This document shows positions 20,101 to 28,769 of a DNA stretch of 64,000 nucleotides, piece by piece. Under the pieces are notes generated by a model. The model saw only the letters and a list, made by a program, of their open reading frames with translations. It made no database searches and was not told the DNA's origin. Source of the DNA: Thermoanaerobaculia bacterium (lineage in GTDB: Bacteria; Acidobacteriota; Thermoanaerobaculia; Multivoradales; Multivoraceae); the NCBI GenBank assembly GCA_963666565.1, contig OY762911.1, positions 1,824,001 through 1,888,000 of the forward strand. The letters are read 5' to 3'. The position numbers and the translations under genes are program-made. Each line of letters opens with the position of its first letter. Within the stretch, counting starts at the first letter, position 1.

Positions 20101-20365
20101 CGGCCCATGCGAACTCGGCCGGCTGCTCGATCCGCAGGTGGGCGGCCACGCCAAGACGGCTGGCCAGTTCGAGCCGCAGCCACTGGCCCATCAGCGGGTC
20201 GGAGACGACGATGCGCTCCGGCTCGAGCGGCTCGGCCGGCGCTCGCCGCATCCGGGCGGCCAGCCGGTCCGCGAGCGTCTCCAGGCGGTTCGAGGCGTGA
20301 ATCCGAAACGGGGGCTCCGGCCGCTCCTGGAGCAGAGAGAGTTGCTCCGCCGTCTCGTTCCGCAT
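17144..20365 (-). CDS. recC: exodeoxyribonuclease V gamma subunit
   Basis: SNRLETL, HVCHSPTREIEVLHDRLL, DRLVLGYAM, GMNDGAFPR and HPLQPFS. First gene of the recCBD operon. Confidence 0.93.
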   Translation of the reverse strand: MRNETAEQLSLLQERPEPPFRIHASNRLETLADRLAARMRRAPAEPLEPERIVVSDPLMGQWLRLELASRLGVAAHLRIEQPAEFAWAAMREEVENLTGQSVYGPPHLRWRIFDRLTDWKGQDEIGRYLADGDPRKRFELADRLAVAYDRCRVYRPESIRQWQRGADDGWHARLWADLAAADAEPQHWVDAIDRYRDTLEGRLASSPRRRVSLFHVAAMSPTYVETLRLTASVMDVHLYLLSPSRRFWSEPAVPKSDEPANELREAWGRSARDLRELLQDEPGGLVADGPAARDMPDGATCLVALQRDVLGANANGGSAGREPRGPDDSIQIHVCHSPTREIEVLHDRLLGIFDEHPDVQPADVLLLTPDLDTYGPLIEAVFGSAGRIHFHIGRQRLKEGAALTAFLDLLGLPGSRYAASDVLAPLLAEPVRACFGISDTDLATIRGAVARSRIRWGIDETHRAELDVPASENHNWRRGLDRLVLGYAMAEGDALVGGIAPSSLDRFGFHAGAGDYELLGRFRRYCELVFVLNEWLAAEHRAGAWTERLRTEILEPFFSNEPRLGPEAVREVNTVSRLIDEFDHECGRAGANGPIPFPVLRDALAGHAAKAARSAPRLAEGVAVAELASGQIFPAKVICAAGMNDGAFPRRPGPSPFDFQAALFEGAARRPGDRDPRDEDRFAFLEALLAARRCFVVTCTGRDVQENRPIPPSVVVTELRDCLTERFPGLGAQPGDSWTTDHPLQPFSREYFGSSRPDLFSYSDSMVRAARALGAGGETPLRFAGEVAAEEPGERRAELELEDLVRFAASPSKHFLRHRLGMTMETREDEVENDEPLDLNALEAWQLKSDLAATGERDDERTIELAAARGLLPAANLGRVQHRQSAAQVAELERELEEFREHRDAPAFGLEVDLGSVRLVGAVEQFHAERNELLFWRIGSLRAKDRIATWLRLLALISSRDKAATAQLRGGRDKLETVTLAGPAPADARALLDEWIEAWRTSQRRPLLFFAHTSWTWTRKSAWDSAAEAAWSRQPWSEGNDASHRLIFGADPCNEEFERLAKRLLGPLREASS

Positions 20366-20470
20366 CGCGCCATTGTAGGGCGATTTCCCCTGCTACGATG
20401 CCCGTCCGCAGCCCGATTCTCCGGAACCGAAGAGGAACGACGCAGCGAGAGTCTGAGCGCACATCGAACC

Positions 20471-20618
20471 GCAGGCAGTTCAAGGGAAGGGAGTGCGAAT
20501 CTCCCGCCGCCCCGCGACTGTGATCCGGACGAAACCGGCATGAACCACTGTCCCGCGGACCGGGACGGGAAGGGCCGGCAAGTAGGACGAAGGTAAGTCA
20601 GGAGACCTGGCTGCCTGC
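20471..20618 (+). promoter_or_regulatory. cobalamin riboswitch
   Basis: Closing stem GCAGGCAG/CTGCCTGC, AGGGAA, GTGCGAATC, GCCCCGCGACTGT, CCACTG...GGGAAGG and B12 box AAGTCAGGAGACCTG, upstream of a TonB receptor. Confidence 0.92.
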
Positions 20619-20692
20619 CGAGGCAACAACGCTCCGCCGGCCCCGCATGGGCCGCCCGGAGCGCGAATCCCGAAGGGGGAGGAAGGCCCGAA

Positions 20693-22624
20693 ATGAACGA
20701 CAGGAGACAAGTCGAGTCCGTTCGCCGTGGCGGTCGGGAGCGGCGGGTGCGCCGGGTGCCGCTGTGCGCCGCGGCGGCGGCGATGCTGCTGGCGCCGGCG
20801 ACACTGGCCGGCCGTGAGAACCGGGAGACTGGCGAGGCTGGGCACGAGAACGCGACCGGCGGTGCCCCGGTCGGCGCGGCAGCCGCGGAGGAGATCGTCG
20901 TCAGCGCCAACCGCTACGAGGTTCCGGCGTCGGAGGTCGGCAGCGCGGTCACGGTGATCGGCGCCGGGGAGATCGCGCGGCGCAACCCGGTCGCCGTGCT
21001 CGACCTGCTCCGCACGGTGCCCGGCGTCGAGGTGACCCATGCCGGCGGTCCCGGCAAGGTCGCCACCGTCCGGCTGCGCGGCGGCACCGGCGCGCAAGCC
21101 CTGGTGCTGGTCGACGGCGTGCGGGTGAACTCGGTCGCCGGCGGCACGGTCGACTTCGCCAGCCTGCTGGCGGCCAACGTCGAGCGCATCGAGGTGCTGC
21201 GCGGGCCGCAGGCAACCTGGGGTTCCGAGGCGATGACCGGGCTGATCAGCATCGTGACCGCCCGCGGCGGTCCGGGCCTCCGGCTGCACGCGGCCGGCGA
21301 AGCGGGCACGCACGACCACCGCCGGTTCGACCTGGGCCTCTCGGGCGCCGCCAACCGCTGGGATTACAGCACGGGAGCGACCGACCTGAGCACGGACGGC
21401 GTCTCGCACCGGGCGGTCGAAGGCGGCGCCGCCGAGGACGATCCGTTCGAGAACCGGACCTGGAGCGCCCGCCTGGGCGCCGCGTTCCTCGGCGACGGCC
21501 GGATCGACCTGCGGGCCCGCTCCTACCGGGGCGACACCGCGCTCGACGGCTTCGGCGCCGAGGACCTGAACGCGATGGCCGCCAGCGACGAGGACACGAC
21601 GGCCCTGACGGTCGAGAAGGACCTCGCCCCGTTCTGGCGGCAGACGGTGCGCTTCGGCCGCACCGAGGGGACCCTGCTCGGCAGCGACCCCGACACGTTC
21701 TGGAACAATTACGAGATCCGTTCCCGGATCCGGCGGATCGACGCGCAGTCGGACGTCGCGCTGGGCGCCGGCCACCTGCTGAACCTGGGGCTCGGGACGG
21801 AGAACCGCAGGGGGTCGAACGCCGGCAGCTACGACGAGGAGGCCGACCTGGATTCCTGGTTCGTGCAGGACCAGTGGGAGCTGGCGGACAGCGTCCACCT
21901 CACCGCCGCGGTGCGCGGCGACGAGCACTCGGTCTTCGGCTCGGAGACGAGCCACCGGGTCACCGTGTCGGGCGGTTGGGACGGCGGCCGCGGGCGCGTC
22001 CACGGCAGCTACGGCACGGCCTTCCGGGCGCCCACGTTCGACGAGCTGTACTTCCCGTTTTCGGGCGATCCGAACCTCCTGCCCGAGACGACGGAGGGGT
22101 TCGACGTCGGGGTGCAGCAGCGCGTCGGCGATTCCGGCCTGACGCTCGATTTGACTTGGTTCGACATCGACTTCGACCAGTTGATCGAGTTCGACCTGAG
22201 CAGCTTCACCTTCGCCAACGTGGCCCGGGCGAGTTCGACCGGCGCGGAGTTCACGCTGCGCTACCGCCCGGACATCGGAGCGAGCCTGGAGTTCTCGCAC
22301 ACCTGGAACCGGACGGAAGACGAGGCGACCGGGAATCCGCTGGCGCGGCGGCCGAAGAACCGCACCACGGCGGTCGCGCTCCTGCAGCCGACCGACCGCT
22401 TCGCCGCGGCGGTCACGGCCGCGTTCGTCTCGGACCGGATCGACTCGAACGGCGCGCCGATGGACGACTACACGAAGGTCGACGTCCACCTGAGCTACGG
22501 CTGGCGGACGCTCAAGCCCTTCGTGCGCGTCGAGAACCTGCTCGACGAGGACTACTTCGAGGTTCCCGGCTTCGTCACGCCGGGGCGGACCGTCGTCGTC
22601 GGGCTGCGACTGCTACGGCGCTGA
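20693..22624 (+). CDS. btuB: TonB-dependent receptor, probable cobalamin importer
   Basis: TonB box EEIVVSANR, plug motifs LVLVDGVR and ERIEVLRGPQ, FRAPTFDELY and VENLLDEDY. Preceded by a cobalamin riboswitch. Confidence 0.85.
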   Translation: MNDRRQVESVRRGGRERRVRRVPLCAAAAAMLLAPATLAGRENRETGEAGHENATGGAPVGAAAAEEIVVSANRYEVPASEVGSAVTVIGAGEIARRNPVAVLDLLRTVPGVEVTHAGGPGKVATVRLRGGTGAQALVLVDGVRVNSVAGGTVDFASLLAANVERIEVLRGPQATWGSEAMTGLISIVTARGGPGLRLHAAGEAGTHDHRRFDLGLSGAANRWDYSTGATDLSTDGVSHRAVEGGAAEDDPFENRTWSARLGAAFLGDGRIDLRARSYRGDTALDGFGAEDLNAMAASDEDTTALTVEKDLAPFWRQTVRFGRTEGTLLGSDPDTFWNNYEIRSRIRRIDAQSDVALGAGHLLNLGLGTENRRGSNAGSYDEEADLDSWFVQDQWELADSVHLTAAVRGDEHSVFGSETSHRVTVSGGWDGGRGRVHGSYGTAFRAPTFDELYFPFSGDPNLLPETTEGFDVGVQQRVGDSGLTLDLTWFDIDFDQLIEFDLSSFTFANVARASSTGAEFTLRYRPDIGASLEFSHTWNRTEDEATGNPLARRPKNRTTAVALLQPTDRFAAAVTAAFVSDRIDSNGAPMDDYTKVDVHLSYGWRTLKPFVRVENLLDEDYFEVPGFVTPGRTVVVGLRLLRR

Positions 22625-22657
22625 CGCCCGCCGCAGGCTGGAAGTCGTCGGTTCAGA

Positions 22658-22710
22658 CTGGATGCGCCGGCGTCCTCGCCGGCCCTGCGGGCGATGCCGC
22701 GAAGCGGCGT
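22658..22710 (+). repeat. REP-like hairpin plus GCGAAGC mini-hairpin
   Basis: CTGGATGCGCCGGCGTCCTCGCCGGC followed by GCGATGCCGCGAAGCGGCG. The same arrangement occurs at 38359-38410. Confidence 0.6.
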
Positions 22711-22777
22711 CGCCCTTGAAGCGCGCGAGGCGAAGCCTCGCTCCTCGAGTCTGCGAACGGGCTATCGTCGGTTCCCG

Positions 22778-23719
22778 ATGGTCCAGATCCTGAGAACCGC
22801 CTACCGCCGCTTCCACGCGGGCCTGTTCGCCGCGTTGCGTCGGCTGGGCTGGAACGTGGCGCGGACGGCGGACTTCTACTCGCCGTTGCCCGTGCTTTCG
22901 GAGGTCGCGGAGTCCCGGGCGTCGTGGGACCGGCCGAGCGAACTGGTGGGAGTCGGCTACGACCTGGAAGCGATGAAGTCGCTTCTGGCGGGCCTCATGG
23001 ATTCGCACGGTGCCGAATTCGCGGCATTGCCGCCGCATCGCGAGATCAAGGCCCTGGGCTACGGCCCGGGCTTTCCGGTCATCGACGCGATGACGACTTA
23101 CTTCATGGTGCGCGACCTGCGGCCGACGCGCTACGTCGAGATCGGCTCCGGCCTCTCGACGTACTACGCCTGGCTGGCCGCGGCGGCGAACGGGCGTGAC
23201 GGCCGTGCCTGCGAGATGACCTGTATCGATCCGTTCCCGACCGGGCGCCTGAACGATCTGCAGGATCCCGCCGTAGAGGCTGTGGTGTCGAAGGTCGAGG
23301 CCACGGACCTCAAGCTCTTCGACGGTCTCGATTCCGGCGACGTGCTGTTCATCGACTCGACTCACGTGCTCAAGCTCGGCGGGGACGTGGCGTTCCTCTT
23401 CCTCGAGGTGCTGCCGCGGCTGCGGCCCGGCGTCGTGGTTCACGTCCACGACATCCACTTCCCGTACAACACGCCCTACCCGGCCGAGCAGTACGTCTTC
23501 CGCGCCAAGTGGCCGCTCTACCGCACCGAAGCGATGGTCCTCCAAGCCTTCCTGAGCTTCAACCGCGAGTTCGAGATCGTGCTCTCCACGCCGATGATCC
23601 GCCACGCGGACGAGCCGTTCCTGGAACGGACGATCCCGGCCTATCGCCCGGTCGAGTTGGGGGACTACGACACCCACTTCGGCTCGATCTGGCTCCGGCG
23701 CCGGCCGCCGGCCGGCTGA
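22778..23719 (+). CDS. class I SAM-dependent methyltransferase (Methyltransf_24-like)
   Basis: YVEIGSGLST, IDPFP, DVLFIDSTH and VVHVHDI. Confidence 0.82.
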   Translation: MVQILRTAYRRFHAGLFAALRRLGWNVARTADFYSPLPVLSEVAESRASWDRPSELVGVGYDLEAMKSLLAGLMDSHGAEFAALPPHREIKALGYGPGFPVIDAMTTYFMVRDLRPTRYVEIGSGLSTYYAWLAAAANGRDGRACEMTCIDPFPTGRLNDLQDPAVEAVVSKVEATDLKLFDGLDSGDVLFIDSTHVLKLGGDVAFLFLEVLPRLRPGVVVHVHDIHFPYNTPYPAEQYVFRAKWPLYRTEAMVLQAFLSFNREFEIVLSTPMIRHADEPFLERTIPAYRPVELGDYDTHFGSIWLRRRPPAG

Positions 23720-23771
23720 GCGGCCTTCGCGTTGTTCGGGTGGGGGATCTGGTCTCGGGTACGATCAAGGC

Positions 23772-23993
23772 ATGGAAATGACGCTCACCCAGATGAAGAC
23801 CGACTTCAAGTCGGAGTGGGTCCTGATCGGCGCCCCGGAGACTGACGAGGCGCTCAACATCCGCGGGGGCACGGTGCTCTGCCACAGCAAGGATCGCGAC
23901 GAGGTTTATCGCAAGGCGATCGCGTTGCGCCCTGCGCGGGCGGCCGTCCTGTACACCGGCACGATTCCCGAGGGCACCGCGATCGTCCTGTGA
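23772..23993 (+). CDS. small DUF5678-like protein
   Basis: 73 aa, FKSEWVLI...GTVLCHSKDRDEVY. Its stop overlaps the protease start (GTGA). Confidence 0.65.
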   Translation: MEMTLTQMKTDFKSEWVLIGAPETDEALNIRGGTVLCHSKDRDEVYRKAIALRPARAAVLYTGTIPEGTAIVL

Positions 23994-24373
23994 GCCAGCC
24001 GTTCGATGGCGGCCGGGGCCTCATCGTCGTTCCGGCGGAGTTGTTTGGCCCTTCGGGAAGCGTGGTGCTGCATCTGGCGGTGGACACCGGCGCCACGCAG
24101 ACGATGATCAACGTCGGGCTGCTCGCCTTCGCAGGATACGATCCGTCGTTGGTTCCAGACCGCGTGCAGGTCACCACTGGAAGCGGGGTCGAGTACGCAC
24201 CGCGGGTTCCGGTTGACCGGATCGACGTGCTCGGACAAGGCCGTCGGGACTTTCCGGTACTTGCGCACACACTGCCGCCGAGCGCGCACATAGATGGCCT
24301 GCTGGGCCTCGACTACATGCGCCAGCAGCAGTTGGTCGTCGACTTTCGTCGAAACACGGTGTCGTTGAGTTGA
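23990..24373 (+). CDS. retropepsin-like (clan AA) aspartic protease
   Basis: Single-lobe domain of 127 aa with VDTGA catalytic motif and DGLLGLD. Confidence 0.85.
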   Translation: MSQPFDGGRGLIVVPAELFGPSGSVVLHLAVDTGATQTMINVGLLAFAGYDPSLVPDRVQVTTGSGVEYAPRVPVDRIDVLGQGRRDFPVLAHTLPPSAHIDGLLGLDYMRQQQLVVDFRRNTVSLS

Positions 24374-24392
24374 CCGGCACACAAGCGCGGGT

Positions 24393-26201
24393 TCAACCCT
24401 GTTCGCTGGTTTGGTCCAACTCTCCGGTCGGCAGCGACTCAATGACGAGTCCGCCTAGCGCCGGACGGAGGCGTTCCAGGCGCTCGTTGTCGATGTAGAC
24501 GACGAGCCGGTACGGCGCGCACGGCGGTTGCTGGCTGACGAACCAGGCGGAGTAGTCGCGGGCGAAGCGGCCGTCCGTGCCGCGGTCGATCTTCTCCGGG
24601 GTCACCACCGAGCCCTCGTGGAGCACGAGGACCGCCGGGCGGCTCTCTTGGAGGTGGTCGTAGTCCGTCTTTCCCCAGCCCCGGTGGTACTCGCCGTGGC
24701 GGGCGTGATGGGCGGACGTCAGGCCGAGGGGATCGTGGATCGTCGTTTCGTCGAGGATCCAGCCGAACAGACCGACGGCCTCGGCGGCCGCGATGTCGTC
24801 GGGTGCCAGGTGAGGCTTCAGGCGCGTCGCCATGAACTGGTAGCAGCTCGTGATCGGGTGGAACGTGAAGTGCGGCCCGGGCGTGGTCCGCCAGGGACTG
24901 CGGCTGAGCATGAAGACGGCGCTCACGGTCAGCGCGGCGAGCATCCAGGCGGAGCGTCGTCCGCGCGGGCTCAAGGCGCTTGGCGAGGGCGGCTGGCCGT
25001 TGCTTCGTGGCGCCGCTTCCGTGGGTGCCGGCGTGGCCGCTGGCGCGACCGGTTCCGCTGCGCCAACACCCAGGTCGTGGAGAGCTCGCGACAGGCAGAC
25101 GGCCAGCGGCGCCGCCAGCACCGGTGCGAAGACGGTCAGCAGCCGATAGTGGGGCATCCAGTCGCCGCCGTTGACGAACACCGCTGGCAGCTCCGCCGCC
25201 ACGACCAGGACGCAGAACCAGAGCGCCCGGTTCGCCGGCGCGAGGATGAGCGCGAGCGCGGCGCCGAGAATCAGCGGCGCGTGCGCGATCTCGAAGCGCA
25301 CCGTGTAGGAGAGGCCCGAGGCGAGGTTCGCCAGCAGAGCCTCCGGACCCGCCGAGAGGACGGACTTGGCGGCTACCGAGTTCGGCAGCGGCGCGCCGTA
25401 GTAGGCGAGCCGCCAGACGGTGGCGCCGCCGACGATGGCGAACGCGGTCGCGGCGGTCAGGCCGGCTCGCCGGAGAGCGTCGGTTGGCGGCGTGCCGGTT
25501 CGCCGTGCGAGCCCGCGCCAGAACGACGCCAGCGGGCCGGACCGAGGCGGGATGCCCGCCTCCGCGGGCAGGGTCGCGCTCCGGTCGCCGGGGGCCGCCG
25601 CGCTCGCGTTTCCGCCGGACCCGATCCGCGCGCGGTCCGGGATGCCGGCCGACTGGTAGAGGAGAACGACCGGCAGGATGACCAGGCTCTCCGGCCTGGT
25701 CAGGAACAGCAGGCCGAGCAGACCCCCGATCAGCCTCGGATCGGCCGCTTCCACCGTCTTGCGCGTCGCGAGGACCACGAGGTACGCGAACAACCCGCCC
25801 TCCAGTCCGTTGCCGGCGACCAGCCAAAAGCGGCCGTGGACCGCCACCAGCGCGACCGCGGCGAGGCAGGCGCCGGCGGAGGCGCCGAGTCCGCGGCCGA
25901 GGAGATACGACTCGCGCAGCGCCAGCAACGCGAAGGCCACGCCGAGCGCGAACGCCGCCGGCTCGACCGGCAGACGAACCGACTCGACCGCCGCGAGCAG
26001 CAGCGTCCACGACAGGCTCGTGACCCCCTCGACCCGCTCGCCGAGGTTGAAGACGAGGCCGTCGCCGTGGGCGAGGTTGCGGGCGTAGCGGAACGTGATG
26101 AAGGCGTCGTCGATCGTGCGAATCGGCAGGAACAGCAGCGTCAGCAGCGGCAGCGCCGCCACGGATGCGCCGAGCAGCCGCAACTTCCGCCGGTCGGTCA
26201 C
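24393..26201 (-). CDS. polytopic membrane GT-C-fold glycosyltransferase-like protein
   Basis: [36 protein letters not shown] and GGDWMPHYR, with many TM segments. Confidence 0.72.
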   Translation of the reverse strand: MTDRRKLRLLGASVAALPLLTLLFLPIRTIDDAFITFRYARNLAHGDGLVFNLGERVEGVTSLSWTLLLAAVESVRLPVEPAAFALGVAFALLALRESYLLGRGLGASAGACLAAVALVAVHGRFWLVAGNGLEGGLFAYLVVLATRKTVEAADPRLIGGLLGLLFLTRPESLVILPVVLLYQSAGIPDRARIGSGGNASAAAPGDRSATLPAEAGIPPRSGPLASFWRGLARRTGTPPTDALRRAGLTAATAFAIVGGATVWRLAYYGAPLPNSVAAKSVLSAGPEALLANLASGLSYTVRFEIAHAPLILGAALALILAPANRALWFCVLVVAAELPAVFVNGGDWMPHYRLLTVFAPVLAAPLAVCLSRALHDLGVGAAEPVAPAATPAPTEAAPRSNGQPPSPSALSPRGRRSAWMLAALTVSAVFMLSRSPWRTTPGPHFTFHPITSCYQFMATRLKPHLAPDDIAAAEAVGLFGWILDETTIHDPLGLTSAHHARHGEYHRGWGKTDYDHLQESRPAVLVLHEGSVVTPEKIDRGTDGRFARDYSAWFVSQQPPCAPYRLVVYIDNERLERLRPALGGLVIESLPTGELDQTSEQG

Positions 26202-27799
26202 TGTGAGGGCCCGCCGCCGGGGCGATTGTTCCGGCCTGTCTCGGCATCACCGTTCGCCCCCGCGTCTTCGGTCGCCCCCGCATCTCCGGTCGCCCTCGCG
26301 TCTCCGGTCGCCCTCGCGTCTCCGGCTGGCCCCGCGTCTCCGGCCAGCCCCGCGGCCGCCGGGATCCCCACAGCGAACCCGGCCCCCGCGGCTCGGAAGA
26401 ACCGCCGGTAGTCCGGCAGGAAGCGGAGCACCAGCAAGCCGCCAGCGAGCGCCGCCGCGGCCAGGCTGCCGGCGAATCGCTCCCAGCTTCCGGCGGGGAG
26501 CAGCCACGCCGCGGCCAGGAACAAAGGCAGCGGCAGCAGGTACACCTGGGCCAGGTTGCCTGCGAGGCGGCGACGCCGCCCGGCAAACAGGCCGAGTACC
26601 TTGACGAGCATGAGCAGGCTGCCGAGGCGCGCGAAGTTCGCCCAGGCCATCCCGATGGGACCCCAGTGGTAGGCGAAGACGACGCCGAACGCGACCAGCG
26701 CGGCCATGTTCAGGACGACGGTGGCCAGCCACAGCCGGTCCCGGTTCTGGACCTTGAGCGCCTCGCCTCCCGTGGTCGTGAACACATCGACGAGCGGCAC
26801 CAGGCAGAGGACGCGGAGCAGCGGCCCCACGTCGACCCAGTTCGGCCCGAACAGCAGCAGGACCACCTTGTCCACGTTGAAGAACAGGAAGTAGGCGGAG
26901 ACGACGATGCCGGAGAGGAAGACGATCGTGCCGAGGCGCAGGGTCTCGGCGAACTCCGCCGGGTCGTCGCGGAATTCGACCAGGGCCGGCAGGAGCGGTC
27001 GGACGGTCAGGGTCAGCGGAACCAGGAACGCGAGCCAGTAGGCCTGGGCGTAGTAGCCGACGAACGCCGTGGTCGAGAAGAACTCGACGATGAACGGGTC
27101 GACGTAGTTGAAGACCTGGAACGCGACCCAGACGACGAAGAGGTAGCGGCTGGCCTTGAGCAGTCCGGGGATGCGCCGCATGTCCAGGTGCAGGGGAACC
27201 CGTCCGCGGGCCCGCCAGAGCAGCAGGAGGGCGAAGACGGCCGAGGCGGCGAGTTCGCCGCCCACGAAGGACCAGACTCCGGCGCCGTTCAGCGCCAGCA
27301 GAGCCGCGATAGCGCCGAACAACAGGCCGCGCAGCACTTCGAAGCCGGCGATGTCACGGATCAGCAGCTTCCGCTCGAAGAAGGTCCGGTAGACCATGAT
27401 CACGGCGTCGATCACGATCCAGACCGCCATCGCGCGCAGCACGCTCGGCAGGTCGGGAAGGTAGGAGAAGAGGTCGGCGGCGGCGACCAACGCCAGCGAC
27501 AGGACGGCGCCGGCGCCGAGGCTCCAGGCCAGTACGGTGCCGTAGGACTCGCGCGGATCGCGCATCAGATGGTGCGTCAGCCCGAGGTCGCGCACCGCGG
27601 ACAGCATCATCACGACGCGGAGCGCCTGCTCGTACGCTCCGTGGCCCTCCGGCAGGATGAGTCGCGCCAGGACGATGCGCGTGCCGAAGGCGACGATCAG
27701 CCGGACGAACAGGGTCCCGTACGCGCTGACCGCCGAGTGCAGCAGCCGCTGCTTCGCTCCCGCTTCCGGGGCCGAGTCTTGATGCGGGTTCGGTTCCAC
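26198..27799 (-). CDS. oligosaccharide flippase (Wzx/MOP family)
   Basis: [17 protein letters not shown] and VGYYAQAY, 12+ TM segments, glycan-locus context. Confidence 0.85.
   Translation of the reverse strand: MEPNPHQDSAPEAGAKQRLLHSAVSAYGTLFVRLIVAFGTRIVLARLILPEGHGAYEQALRVVMMLSAVRDLGLTHHLMRDPRESYGTVLAWSLGAGAVLSLALVAAADLFSYLPDLPSVLRAMAVWIVIDAVIMVYRTFFERKLLIRDIAGFEVLRGLLFGAIAALLALNGAGVWSFVGGELAASAVFALLLLWRARGRVPLHLDMRRIPGLLKASRYLFVVWVAFQVFNYVDPFIVEFFSTTAFVGYYAQAYWLAFLVPLTLTVRPLLPALVEFRDDPAEFAETLRLGTIVFLSGIVVSAYFLFFNVDKVVLLLFGPNWVDVGPLLRVLCLVPLVDVFTTTGGEALKVQNRDRLWLATVVLNMAALVAFGVVFAYHWGPIGMAWANFARLGSLLMLVKVLGLFAGRRRRLAGNLAQVYLLPLPLFLAAAWLLPAGSWERFAGSLAAAALAGGLLVLRFLPDYRRFFRAAGAGFAVGIPAAAGLAGDAGPAGDARATGDARATGDAGATEDAGANGDAETGRNNRPGGGPSQ
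26240..26354 (-). repeat. 18-bp degenerate tandem repeat in the flippase C-terminal tail
   Basis: About 6 units related to CGCGTCTCCGGTCGCCCT, encoding [36 protein letters not shown]. Confidence 0.8.
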
Positions 27800-27863
27800 G
27801 ATGCCGGTGGCCAGGAGCTTCGCGCGGAGGAAGTGGGTGCGCCGGCGTCCCCGCCGGTCGCTG

Positions 27864-28769
27864 CTAGAGCGCGAAGGTACGGTAGCGCAGGCAGCCTTGG
27901 AGCCGACCCAGTCGCCAGCCGGCGAGCCAGATCCACCGGCCGCGCCTCGACCTGGAGAGGAGTTGCGGACTGCGCAGTAGCAGCGATCCGAGTCGCATCA
28001 GGCCAGGCAGTGCCGGCAGCCGCGGCATGCCGCGCGGTCGGTACTGCGTGTAGATGTAGACGTTGTACAGCCCGTAGCGCGCCGCTTGGCGGAAGGCTCC
28101 TCGAAGGGTCGCCGGGAACCGCACGTGGACGATCGCCTCCGGTGCGAAGACGAGGCGGTGGCCGGCAAGTTGAAGGCGCCAGCAGAGATCGGTGTCCTCC
28201 AGCGCCACGTACGACTCGTCGAAACCGCCGAGCTCTTCGAAGACGTCGCGCCGGATGCCGAAACCGCAGCCGCCCGCGTGATCGAGGAAGGGCGGGTTCG
28301 TGTAGGCAGGCAACCCGTGCTGCTGCGCGGCGTCGCCGTGCAGCCGCCGCGCCTGCTCGCCGTTCAGGCGCTCGATTTCGTGGCGGCTCGCCGCCGCCTC
28401 ATGGCGTTCCAGCACGCGGACCAGCCCGTCGATCCAGCCTTCGGCGACTTCGTCGTCGGCGTCGCAGAACAGGAGGACGTCGCCCGTTGCCGCCGCCGCG
28501 GCGACGTTCCTGGCGTGCGCCGGCCCCTTGCGGTCGGCGGCGTGAAGGACGCGCAGGCTGGCCAGCTGGTCCCCGTAGGACGCCGCTAGTTCCAAGGAAC
28601 CGTCGGTCGAGCCATTGTCCGCGACCAGCACCTCAAGGTCGCCTTGCCAAGTCTGCCGGCCGATCGCTTCGAGCTGCGCTCCGAGCGTGCCGACGGCGTT
28701 CAGGCAGGGAACGATGACGCTGACCCGCTCGATCGCGAACGGCGGCGCCCCCGCCTCGTCCTCCGTCAC
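27864..28769 (-). CDS. glycosyltransferase family 2
   Basis: VSVIVPCLN, ADNGSTDGS, ARN, FCDADD and EDTDLCWR. GTG start overlaps the upstream stop. Confidence 0.9.
   Translation of the reverse strand: MTEDEAGAPPFAIERVSVIVPCLNAVGTLGAQLEAIGRQTWQGDLEVLVADNGSTDGSLELAASYGDQLASLRVLHAADRKGPAHARNVAAAAATGDVLLFCDADDEVAEGWIDGLVRVLERHEAAASRHEIERLNGEQARRLHGDAAQQHGLPAYTNPPFLDHAGGCGFGIRRDVFEELGGFDESYVALEDTDLCWRLQLAGHRLVFAPEAIVHVRFPATLRGAFRQAARYGLYNVYIYTQYRPRGMPRLPALPGLMRLGSLLLRSPQLLSRSRRGRWIWLAGWRLGRLQGCLRYRTFAL

Noticed and set aside
13629-20596. Very long + strand ORFs (1484 aa and 1172 aa) and similar ones such as 2810..5890, 9431..12913 and 48549..51287
   Set aside because: They are antisense shadows of genes with clear motifs. 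High GC and codon bias suppress stops, and the translations have no recognisable domains.
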